From positions 3,906,001-3,970,000 of the forward strand of contig NC_092671.1 of assembly GCF_964355755.1 (NCBI RefSeq): a DNA stretch of 64,000 nt. Reading direction: 5' to 3'. Of the stretch, positions 1 to 12,200 are shown one piece after another. The translations under genes were made by a program, and so were the position numbers. Every line of letters starts with the position of its first letter. The stretch's first letter is position 1. This DNA is from Antedon mediterranea (Eukaryota > Animalia > Echinodermata). The notes beneath the pieces were generated by a model. The model saw nothing but the letters and a program-made list of their open reading frames with translations. It did not search any database and was not told where the DNA came from.

Positions 1-1
1 T

Positions 2-1243
2 AAGTACGGTGTTCCACAGGGGTCCATTCTTGGACCCTTACTATTCCTGATTTTTATAAATGATATGCCATTTGCCTGTAGAAACACAAACGTTATTATG
101 TATGCAGATGACACTAATGTGTTCCTGCAACACAATGATATTACAAGAGCATTCGATATTTTAAACTATGAAATGGCATGTCTTTCTAACTGGTTTATTG
201 CAAATAGATTAACTGTGAACACCAAAAAAACGAATTATATTGTATTTACTAGTAGAAATGTAAAAATTGACACGTCAAATCTAACTTTGCTAATTAATAC
301 TGATATTATAGAACGAGTAAATCAAACAAAGTTTCTTGGTGTTCATCTAGATGAGAAATTATCATTTGCATATCATATAAATTCAATCGCAAAGAAAGTT
401 TCAACAGCTATAGGCACCATGAATAAAATAAAATGCGTACTCCCATACGAAATCCTATTAAAAATATACAACTCTCTCATATTACCTAACCTAACATATG
501 CCATAACACTATGGGGATCTACTAATCAAACTATTTTAAATCGTCTTTATATTTTACAAAAGAAAGCACTTAGAAATGTTTGCAACGTTCCTTTTCATCA
601 TCCTTCTCTACCACTCTTTGCCCGCACAAAAACATTAAAATTATCTGAGCTGTACCAAAAAAGTGTTGCGATATTCATGTTTAAGTTTCATCATAAGAAG
701 TTGCCTATTACTTTTGACTCTTTCTTTGCTACAAACAATTCCAAACATAATTATGAGACAAGGGCTAAAGACAATTTAAGCACTGCTTTCAAAAGGACCC
801 TATTGGGCCAACAAAGTGTCACATACAGAGGCACTAATGTGTGGAACTCACTACCCAATGACATTAAAATGTCAACCAGTATTGGTATGTTCAAACATAA
901 AATTCATGATATGTTTGTCACCAGTTATCTTTATTTTTAAGCTACTGGTTAATTCATTTTCTCTCGACATTTGATTTGTTATTATCACTGCATTATTTCC
1001 ATTGTTAGTATTTTTATCGTTACAATTAATATGGTACATTATACAGTTTTTATCTATTTATTTATTTAATTATTTATCTATTTCAATTTCAATTTTGTTT
1101 GTTTTGTTTTGTTTTTTTTCTCGTTTTAAGGGGCTTTGCGTCTAAAGCATTAGCTTACAGCTTAACCCCGTTCACAACCTCAATTAATTTTGCATGTACT
1201 TTGTATTATCTGAGATTGTGAATAAAGTTATATATATTAATAT
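2..1243 (+). mobile_element. 3' end of a non-LTR retrotransposon (CR1/L2-group LINE): RT C-terminus, ORF 2..940, plus 3' UTR; antisense inside a CIP2A intron
   Basis: Frame from position 2 reads KYGVPQGSILGPLLFLIFIND...MYADDT...KFLGVHLDEKLSF (RT motifs), open to the stop at 940. T-rich 3' UTR with AATAAA near 1221. Confidence 0.93.
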
Positions 1244-1390
1244 AACCAGATGAGATGGTTTGCCATCCAAATTCTGCCAGGCCCAACATTGCTTATGTAA
1301 CTTCAGTCATCCTACAAAGAACCAGTGTTTTAACATGGTATACAGTATATTGTTGCATTCATAGGGCTGAGAAATTTTAGATCGTCTTAC

Positions 1391-2342
1391 CTGTAAAACC
1401 ACCTTATCACTTAGGCCACCTCTGTAATAATGTTTGAGAACTGATACAAGTGAGGCTGTAATATCAAACTCACTTTGAAGTGTCTTGCAGATTTCACTGT
1501 CGGAAACTGTAATATACAATTGGTCAGGATTTACTGGGTGTGTGTCAAACATGTGGTGGAAAAAATCATTACTTTTAGGCATCCAATCTTAAGTGGGCAC
1601 TGGGCTTAAATTAAGCTGGGTATAAAAATGTCTTAAAACAAGTTTTAAAGATGAGTGGTAATACTTTAATTCTTTTATGATGAAAACAAAATGATAATGA
1701 ATATAAAGATTATTTACAGTGCTGTAATTGTTTTCGGGCAGAAATACAATAAACATTTAAACCATTTATAAGCAATATTTACATTCATGATCAACATGAA
1801 ATTTAAGGAAAGAAAAATACAATCAAAATGAGAATAATGGATGAGATGAATGATAAAGAGGACAACATTTGTACAAATTAGTATCACGCTTACCAAGATT
1901 GAATAGCACTGATAATGTCTTTGAAATGAGTTCCATGGGTGAGTTTAGATCATAGAGTAATTCCACCACACATGTTAAGAAGGTTGTGGGAAGTAACTTC
2001 TGAGCTTTAAATAACTTCAGAGACTTTCCCCCTGATGTCATAGATATCAAAACCTATAAATAGAAACAAAAAATCAGATCTGCACATTCGATCCCCATAC
2101 ATCACAAACCATATGTAGACCTAGGCCAATATACTGCTTGCCTTGAATTAAGACTATGAAATGCTAGGTCTAAATTTCAACCCTAATCCAGGGGTTCACG
2201 AGTGCAGTCCGTGAGTGCATTTTATATGGCCTTTTTCACTTACATCTAGTTGTGCTTGCAGTTGTAGTAAATTATTCTCATTGCTTTTGTTTTTGTATTC
2301 ATTGCAAGCTTCAATGACCGACTTGATAGCTGTAGTTTCCAT
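1391..2342 (-). CDS. CIP2A: CIP2A (KIAA1524) N-terminal coding exons 2342-2244, 2053-1894, 1506-1391; gene continues left of the window
   Basis: GT-AG junctions join in phase to METTAIKSVIEACNEYKNKSNENNLLQLQAQLD-VLISMTSGGKSLKLFKAQKLLPTTFLTCVVELLYDLNSPMELISKTLSVLFNL-VSDSEICKTLQSEFDITASLVSVLKHYYRGGLSDKVVLQ, which resembles the vertebrate CIP2A N-terminus (MDSTACLKS...CLSCLVELLED...DSVFLQ). Confidence 0.85.
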
Positions 2343-2569
2343 TATTTCTGTAGAAACGAAATAAATATGATTGTTAAATTTAAATTAAAAAACAGTTCAA
2401 AAAATCAATATGAATGCAAATACTGTATTACATGCAATTTCAAGTTGGGCATATATAGGCCTATATATAATCTAAATTCGCCTTTTACACAAAATGGAAG
2501 ACATCTGCAATTGATGACAAACAATGCTGTACAGGAAAGCGTAACCAACCGAAATAACATAGCATTTTC

Positions 2570-2830
2570 GGGTGCAGGTCAAGTCGGCCTCAAGTCAACT
2601 CGGCCTCACGTCAACTCGGCCAAAAACTAATCGGTCAACTCGGCCACAATAAAGTATGGAACGCAAAAAGTGCAAATGAAGGGAATTGATGAAATAATAT
2701 TTCTTCACAATGTTTTAACTATAAACTATAATTCTGACTTTTAATGAATATTAATATTTAGACAATAATATATTTAGCTAAAAAATAGGAGGCCGAGTTG
2801 ACTTGAGGCCGAGCCGAGTTGGATCGAAAT
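2570..2830. mobile_element. Small foldback/MITE-like element in the CIP2A 5' intron
   Basis: Left arm repeats GTCAACTCGGCC (about 2578-2645); right arm carries the inverted GGCCGAGTTGAC (about 2791-2822). Confidence 0.6.
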
Positions 2831-3389
2831 CACATTTCCATTTCCAGTGGATTTCAAGACAACATTAAACATGTTAAAATAAAAAAAAATTAACTGTCAA
2901 ATGTTCTTAAAATAAAATATTGGCATGCATTACGGAAATGAAAATATAGGCCTAAATATTATAAAACATTATGAAAAATGTTATATTATTATAATTAATG
3001 TTAATCTTCTAATTAAGACTAATATTATAGTAATAGTAATACTCTATCTAGCCTGGCTCACGGACTCTAGCTAGTACGCCTGCGGCCTAGGCCCTAGCTA
3101 AAAGCCCCGGTGAGGTCCTATAGCCAGTCCTACTTTACTTGGGTATCCCTTTACTCTATACATACACTACACACCACTAGACTAGCTAGGCTAAGCCTAC
3201 TATATATAATACTACTAAGCTAGCTAGCCTAGCTAGTAGGGCCTCTAGTAGTAGGCCTACACTGCAGTCACGTCTACCTACAGACATTTACGAGTGAAAT
3301 TCATATTATTATTCTTAAATTTATCTATCAACAATAACTAAAATAACATCTTCCTATTAGCGTGCACATTTTAATTTGATTTTTCAACA

Positions 3390-3700
3390 AAAAGTACCGT
3401 TTTTTAAATACAAAACTGATGTGTTTTCGTGTTTCTACGACGGGGGAGAGGGAACAGAATCGCGACGACCGCGAGATTTTCAAACGTCTACTACTTACGC
3501 ATGCGTATTACATGACTAGTCAAATAAAGTATTTTGTAATTTTAGGTTACGCCATTTACAAATTATAAAGTCAACTAAATTAATATAAAAAAAAAATATA
3601 TGTATTTAAATAAATATTATACGTGATAAATAATTACTCTTGTTGTGGTAATTACAAATATTAGTCACATAATATAATGCTGTTTGTTCCTCGGGGTCAT
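3390..3700. promoter_or_regulatory. Putative bidirectional promoter between CIP2A (-) and METTL25 (+)
   Basis: Minus-strand donor-like site near 3397 for a non-coding CIP2A exon; CpG-richer patch 3430-3510; METTL25 ATG at 3699/3729. Confidence 0.5.
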
Positions 3701-3728
3701 GCACACACAAAAACCAAAACAAAACATA

Positions 3729-6700
3729 ATGGAACATGTGAACGATATTGATATTCAATGGATTGATTTCAAAGATGAAAATCAAGCTATAAAAGCAATC
3801 GATGAAATATTATCATTTATCCAAAAGTATTATGAATTATTAAGGGTAAATACAGTTAGCTTTTATAGCGAGGATCAATGGGAAGTTTTCCGTAATTTTT
3901 CTCTGGAGCTAAGCCAAGAAATCATGCAATTGACAGATGAGGAGATGGCAAAATTTCCCATTGGAGACCCTGAACTTTTCACTGTTACAGAATACCCTGC
4001 CTTACACGATTTCAGTGTATGTTTTTTGCAGAAAAGACTTGAGTGTCTTGGAGTAATAAGAGATAATGTATTTGGAGATGAAAGCGGTCATGGGAGAGGT
4101 TATTTTGACATGTCCCAATCAGGAAAACATTTACTCAAGAATTTCATGGCTCCAAAGAAAACTCATGAAGTTCTCAACATGGCATGCTTTGTTAATGGAA
4201 TATGTAAAATTGTGGACATTCATCAGGTATTATACTTCATTCCATGACCATAATTTTAATTCATCATTATGCAATATAAGCCTAGGCTATATCATATAAA
4301 AATGTTCTTGAAAAATTGTTTAGAAGTTGATAACATTTTTTAATTGAATTTCTTTTTTTTTTTCAGGTTGTGGATATCGGTAGTGGAAAAGGGTATCTAA
4401 GTTATTTTCTTTCAAAGTATTATAACTTAGATGTCATCGGAGTGGACTCTTCGTGTATAAACACTGCTGGTGCGTCCAAGCGGAACTTCATATTGGACAA
4501 GCAGTGGAGAGGACTTGTAAAAAGTGCAATCAGGCGTAGCAATGACTGTGGCCAAAATGATGATAGAACCAAACGTGGTGTTTCTGATGTGGTAGAAGAT
4601 GAAGAGAAGAGAGACGGTGCTGGACAAGATAACAACCATCAGACGAAGGCTTTGTCTTCAGATATGCATGAGAGTACCAGTGAGCAAACAAATACTGATA
4701 AAATATGTAAAGACAAGAAAGATATGAGAAAAGGAAGAAAACAAAAGAAAAGTGCTAGTAGTAACTTTCAGCCAATCACAGCATATGTTAATCAACAGAC
4801 AGATTTTAGTCAGTTCTTTGACACGGACAAGGTGTGAACTATTTTTTAAAGAATTTATGTATTGTGTATTTATATACAGGTTGTTGGGGTTTATTTACAG
4901 TACTATAATCTAGGTTCTAGATGACGATGTGCCTTGATATACCATTTTAACAGTCATACAATGTCATACATAAAAATACTTGAGCTGACTTATGCTTATG
5001 CTAAAAGAAAAAATATAATATATGTCGTGTCATAACTACAATTGAGCTGGGGAAAAAATCACAATACAGTACCTACTGATGACAGGATTTGTGGCTAGGA
5101 TTCAATAAAAACACATAAGGTGGTTTCAACTTGTGTGGAGCCTCTGTGCAAAATATGGAATAAAAAAAAACACATTTTTATTTACTTTTTATTCCTCTCT
5201 CAACAGGGTCTATGTCTTGTTGGTTTGCATGCATGTGGAAATTTATCTCCATCGATGCTACGAATATTCACAGCTTCCGATCAGATGAAAATATTGTGCA
5301 ATGTCGCTTGCTGTTATCACTTGCTCACTGAGGAATGTTCAGAAATGAGTCCAGAGATTCAGAAGATGGAAGAGGAGAAGAAGCAAGAGGAGAAAAAAGA
5401 AGATAGAAGAAAATTGGAATTATTGAAGAAAGACGAGGAAAGAAGAGAACTTACCAATGTATCAACTGGAGTTAATCAACTTTTAGTTAAAGATGGAAAA
5501 GAAGATGTTGTTTGTATAGACAAGAAAGAAGTAATAGAAAAGTTAACATTAGAAAAGATCTGTCAAGAAGTGGAGAATACAAACAACGCACCACCAGTTT
5601 CTAGAAGTGTGAACTCTACAACATCATGTGCATCAGATACATTTGATTGCGAAAATAAGCATGTATGCTTCCATCAACCAATGTCATCATCATCACAGAA
5701 TCCTTCTTGTAGTATAGGCACGATTACTAGGCCTATCGGTACATATTTGCAAGACCCTAAGTCAGTTCTACAGCATCAGAAAGGCTCTAAAGACAGTAAA
5801 GATCATGCTACAGCAGCATGCTCTAAAGATACAGGCTTGCAGATTCCAGAAGACAGCAGCATTCAAGAGAATTCAGACAAAGACAACAATGAATCTGCAC
5901 ATCTCCAACAACCTGCATCTTCCACCACCAATCCACACACCAATGAAACTGACAGAGGTTTCCCAATAAGTCGGTACTTACGAGCGAAAAATGCACAGTT
6001 AAACAAAAATGCCCGAATGGTAGGATGTATGGCGGTACAGCGAGTCCACCAAGCAAAAGAACTTCCAACCGAAAAGTTATTTTACCGAGCAGTTTTTCAA
6101 TCAATCCTGATCGACAATTTTAAAGACTATAACAAGTGAGTTGTGAGTTCATTCACATGACAATGAAAAATAGTTTAATATGTATGTTTTTTGAGACAGT
6201 TCTTTAGGTCATGTTCAGTTATAACATAGCAGTGTCAGGTAATGATATGCACTGCCTAGTTCACACGCAAAATTATTATCTGTTCTTAGCTACACCATTA
6301 GTAAATGTATAAAAAGCGAACACCACCTATACATATTATAAGGTTATTCATTGAAAATCTCAATTGGTAAATGTTTGTGTTTTTTAGTTGTCGCAATGTT
6401 GGTAAACTAGCAGGAAAGTGTAAGAATTTTGTTGAATACTGTCGACGAGCTTTTCAAAAACTTGACCTTGATGGAAGCAAAGTAAGACCTACATACAGTA
6501 TAGGAGAAAAGAGGAAAGCTGTCTACATTATCGCACTTTATGTGTCGAAAAAAATGTGATGTGCCCATATATAGACATGCTGATGTCATATCACTACCAT
6601 ATTTAAGAATATCATTACCATATTTGGGTACATCACACTTTTTTTGTCAAACTACTGTAGTTAACAGTACGGATTGTCAATCCCACAAAATGGTAGATAG

Positions 6701-8076
6701 CAACAAGCAATTTCCCAGTTACAGAATACACAAATTTGTTTTTTTAACTTTGTAATTTTTTTTTCTTAAAGCTCACTGATGATCAGCTTCTTCAATACTA
6801 CAATAAATATAATCCAGATAAACGCAAGCTACAGGCTTTTAATCAGTTCCGAAGTGCACTTGCGCCCTCTATTGAAGGTCTGATTCTCCTTGATCGACTT
6901 CTGTATCTTAAAGAACAGGTACAGTATTCAACACTTTGTATTGTAAATTTACAAATATGTACAAGCAATACAATATGGAGCCAACTCCTGGGCGACTTAC
7001 TGTATAGTAGGTAATATTATGAATATCTCCAAGTTATTCAAGACAACAAATCAGTGCTCTGATGTATTTTCTATTGTTATAGCAATGTTCTCCTATGCAA
7101 ATAAAAGCAAATGCATGGTGATGCACTTCGGACATTCAAATGTTCATTTTAAATACCAAATAGATGAAGTTGAACTGGAAACAGTTGAGAAAATAAAGGA
7201 CCTAGGAGTACTAATTACTAATGACTGTAAACCAACCCAACAAAAAAAAAAAAAAAAAAACTGCGCCAAAGTATCTCAGCGGGCCATGAACTGTTTAAGA
7301 AGCATCAGAACGACTTTCGTATATATGGATAAAGACTGTTTTAACGTCATCTACAAGCATTATGTACGCCCACATCTCGAATTTTGTGTTCAAGTATGGA
7401 ATCCATATCTTCAAAAGGACATAAATGTAATTGAAAGAGTACAACGTTGTGCGACTAAATTAGTTCCATGTATCCGTTCATATTCATATGAAGATCGTTT
7501 AAAGCTTCTTGGCCTAACAACCTTGTATGACAGAAGAATTCGAGGTGACCTGATTGAAGCATATAAAATTGTTAAAGATTTCGAGGGTGTAGCCAAGGAT
7601 GATTTTTTCCAAATGAGAAGTAACATTAGCAGAATTACTCGAGGGCATCACCTGAGATTTTTCAAGCCTATTTTCCATAAAGGATTGAACTGTAGAAGAC
7701 ATACCTTCTCGCAACGAGTAATAAACCATTGGAACAGTTTACCAGCCGACATCAATTCTGAGACCTCTAGCACCTTCAAGAATTGCATCGACACAATGTA
7801 GTTGATATGGGGTTAAAAAGGCATCGCCTAAACTTTCCCATTATAACTAAACTAAACTAAACTATGTGACATACCTAAAAACTCAAGTAAATGTTTAGTA
7901 CAAGATTAATGTACCTTTACTATTGCTGATACTTAAATTTTCTTTCTTTTTTTTCATTTATAAATAATTATGTTTATGATTTTTTACAGAAACAAACGAG
8001 TCTAGCATATATTGTGAAGCTGTTCAATCAGGTGATCTCTCCAAGGTGTTATGCTATCGTTGCAGTCAAAGATTAA
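3729..8076 (+). CDS. METTL25: Methyltransferase-like 25; exons 3729(or 3699)-4226, 4367-4831, 5207-6135, 6388-6481, 6772-6918, 7990-8076
   Basis: Motifs FMAPKKTHEV, VVDIGSGKGYLSYFLS (SAM-binding), VGLHACGNLS, CCYHLL, IEGLILLDRLLYLKEQ and VKLFNQVISPRCYAIVA. All junctions are GT-AG and in phase. Confidence 0.92.
7105..7864 (+). mobile_element. 5'-truncated CR1-type LINE fragment in METTL25 intron 5
   Basis: KCMVMHFG...KDLGVLI...YVRPHLEFCVQVWNPY...RRIRGDLIEAYKI...FSQRVINHWNSLP is the typical CR1 ORF2 C-terminus; (TAAAC)n tail at about 7845-7863. Confidence 0.9.
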
Positions 8077-9258
8077 ATACAATTAACAAAACAATCAATT
8101 TTCATTCATTTAAATGGACTTATTTTGGCATCATGAGAGAACAAATTCTGGCACTAGACAGAACTTTAAACCATCAACCTACAGGTCAAGTCGAGTGGCT
8201 TCAACCATAGCCATAGAATGGGCACAGGTTCACGTTTCTCCTTTACCATAGTTCTATTGTAGAACAAGTCATCTAAAATGGACCTAAAGCTGGAGGGCCA
8301 GGTCGATTTATTTTTGTGTATTAAGAAAAAAACTGTTGGCACTAGACAGGATTTTAATCCAGAATTGTGGTATCGGAAGATAGTACCCTAATTATCAACC
8401 TACAACATGTGTATTTTATTAGTAGAAAGTGTTACAAATAAAGTCACTGTAGATTTTGACAAGCCTTTTATTTTATTTGTCTATACATAATTGAGTATCA
8501 ATATCTCTAATTAGCATTTTATTCAATAATTTATTTAATATCAAGCAGAATCAATTTTTATAAATACAGCCAGCTGTACTAGCTTAGCATACATGATTGT
8601 TACATAGCCCATCTAAAACATAGTACTGTACTCTACATTACTATGCATCATATTTATCATCACCCACATATAAAACAGAGTTGAACTACTGCTAGTATTG
8701 CTGGCTTTAAATTCAGTGATTGTAGCATAGTTGTTCTTTTATTAATGTCCTAATTTTATGTATTTTATTTACCACTACAAACAGTAGCACTAGTAGCAAG
8801 ATTAGGCTAAAATGGACTGGATTATATAATGATTTGGGCTATACATGTAGTCTACAGGTTGTAGTTCTATGATCTTAACATTCTGAGGTGATAAAGGGAA
8901 GAGAGTTTTATCAAGTTTCCTAAAGTTTGCTAGTGTAGACCGATTGACAAAGTTTGACAAACTGAACAACAAGTTTACAGAAGTCTACACTAGCAAACTC
9001 TAGAAAACTTAAAATGTTCTCGTGTAGACTAGGCTAAGAAAATAAGATACTGCATAATTCATTAATTACAATTTAAATTTGACATTGTACAAATATTACT
9101 TTCGACAAAACAATATTGACCAATCGTTGACAAGGTGGAGTTGAAAGCTTGACAAATTAATTTATCTATATAAAAACTTTACTAAATTGTAATATTAAAT
9201 ATAAATAGTTCTACAAATTATAAAAAAAATATATACATAACATTGAAAGTACAAAACA

Positions 9259-12200
9259 TTATATATCTCCCACATTTTTAAAACGTTTTAATTCTTCCGG
9301 TACATTGTCTATATGTAAAACTGGATCGGCACGATATTCCACGCTTTTTAACGCCATTATTCCATATATCTTGGCAAAATCGGAAATACATTCTGACCTC
9401 GTTTCCATATGTTTAGGATCGGCTGAGAGATTACCGGTAATGATGCATTCTGGGCATTTGAATTTTTTCTTGGGGGTGACTTTCATTGGCGGTTTTCCCG
9501 TCACGTTACTAATTAAAAAGTTCATGGCGATGTCTTCACAGTTGAAATTTTCGTCGACCCACATTTTTATCACCGATGGCATTCGATGGGTGTACAGGAA
9601 GTTGAAGTACTGAAACAAACCAAGTTAGAATTTATATTTTATTTATTTCTTTTTACTGGGTGACCACTTCAGTCAAAGACTGGTCTCCAGTGGGCCCAGT
9701 TATGATGAGTGGCTGTGTGACAGTGGCTATACAGTATGTGTGCTCGTATACCAGGGTAATCCCTTACTAGCCTAGCCTAGATTTACTAGGTTCTTTAAAG
9801 TGCACATGAGTTAGATGTGTACACTGGACCTACGGTTTATTGTTCTTAATAAAAAAAAAACTTGTTCTACCAGCAGAACCATGGAGCAAGTGAGCTTCGA
9901 ACCCTTGCCGATGTTAAGCTTGGTTCCTACTAGGACGTAACGCAAGGACGTAAATGCAACGCTGCGTCTTAGTGGGAAGCAAGCTTTATGTTTAGTGATC
10001 CTGGTTCGACTGTCTTAACCGCTCGGCCACTATGGAAGTGTTTCTCTATGCAGATCAAGTTTATTTCGTATCTATATATAAATGTGTTACCTTGTGATAA
10101 AATGCAGCACCAGATAGAACCATAGATGTTGAGCTCGTCCATTCCGACTCATACTTCCATTTTCCAGTGGCTTCATCCCACGTATGAAGACGACCTGGGT
10201 AGCCTACCAAACGATCCGGAAACTCGCGCCACACCTGCCAAAAAACCAAATAATTTATTTAATATCAAAACATTCATGTGGGTATAGACAAACCCATATT
10301 ATTATTATTCTATGGTAAAAGTCTACCACATCGATCCAAGATATTATCATTAGTAATTAAATTTAGTTTTTACCTCATAACCAAATTCTAGTTCATCTGG
10401 GTTTAACATTAGAATATCATCATCTAGGGCCAGTACACACTCAGTCTCAATCTCATCATATGGATAGAATCTATTGCTTAATTTGTTTTCCTTCGTCTGG
10501 ACCACCTTTAGTGGCTTGCTGATCTTGGGCCATGTAGTGGCTATAAAAGACAGAAATGAAATTGTTGTAAAATAGAAGTTTAAATAGAGCATTTTTAATA
10601 CGTAATTTTGTAGTCAAACAAAGTCAAACAAAATGATTTCACTTATAAAAAGACAAAACTAGACAGTTAAATTTAAACAAAAAACTTCTGGTAATGGATT
10701 TCTGATTAACAATTTTTTTAACTTTTATTAGGTTTTTTTATTGTAGATCCAATTTTTGGTCAAAAATGAAAACTTAAATGTGACATTAAAATGGCAAATT
10801 CAACCAAAAATTTTTTTTAAAATGATTTAATAACATGTGCCCAGTTACTACAATTAAGGATCACTTCAGAAGGAAACGTTACCTGCTGGTGGAGACATTT
10901 CTTGGTTGTTCCATACAACGAGAATCTTGCTCAAACTTGGTGTTTTTGCAATCTCCCGGATGATTTTGAAAAGACTTTCAACTCGGTTGTACGTCAAGAC
11001 AACAGCGGTAAATCCTTCAGCTTTTGGTGGCATTTTTGGCAAGAAAAATGGACTTATTGTGTTTTCCTAAAACAACAAATCACATAACAATATAATTTTT
11101 TAAGTTTAAGAAAGTTTAAAATAGTATGTTAGGATAAATAATGTTAAGATAATAAATCTAGGGTTTTCCACAGGAATAATCAGGGAACCACAACCACTTT
11201 GTGATTGTGAATTTTTAGTTAAACTTTTTTTAAATAGTGGTGGTCAGAAGCTAGTTAGTAGTAGTTGGACATTTGAGTTGGAGTTAAGTGCTGATAGAGG
11301 CCGAGTACCATCAATCAGCATGGGATGAGCCCTGCAAATGTTTGTAGGGGCTGTCCAACATCAATCAGAACGGGAGGAGCCTTGTGAATTTTTATAGGTG
11401 CAGCTGTCCACCACTCAGCATGGAGAGAACCTTATGAGTGCTTTTTGGGGCTGACTACCACCAATCAACATGGAGAGAGCCCTGTGAGTACTCGTAGGCC
11501 CAACTAGTCACCACCCATAAGCATGAAGAGAGCCTTATAAGTGCTTGTACGAGTTGACCATCAACAATCAACAAGGGGAGAAAAATCACATTACAACTTA
11601 CTTTGCTTGGCTCATTCCAAGATGCATAACTCTTTTTCATATATGGAAATATCCTGTCATTGATAATTTGCAGTGTTGTCAATGCTATCTGGCCCATCGA
11701 CTTAAAGTAGTTCTCCCAATAGAACAATGCCTGTTTTCGCATCAACTGAATTTGTGTCGAAGAGGTCAAGCTGAGAATGTCTGGTAAACGCTCTAGTTCT
11801 TCTTCCCTGATTGAAATTGACGCCCTACAAAAATTGAAAATTAGTTAAGTTTTTAATACCAACCTAGTAATCTAAATTTTTAACAAATTAGTACCTGACC
11901 AATGATTTGAGATTGCAATTATGTATTTCTTTTTTTTTTATAAATTGTTGAGAGTAATAAATAATTAACATATTGAAAAGCAGTCACAGTGTTCTTTTAC
12001 TGAGTACAGTATGTAGATGTATTATATTATCAGGGATGTAGTTGGGAAGTTTAGTAGTGGGTGTCAATAACTTTAAGACTGGGTGGGGAAAAAACAGTAC
12101 TTTAAAAGGTATTCAGACATTGTGTGCTGTGGTAAAATTAGAAGGCTTTAAAATAAGCTTTTATTAGGTTGGAAGACATTGAAGGTGTCTTCACCCACCT

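Noticed and set aside
7242-7260. In-frame poly-A run (KKKKK) in the CR1 fragment
   Set aside because: Most simply homopolymer slippage in a dead, truncated LINE.
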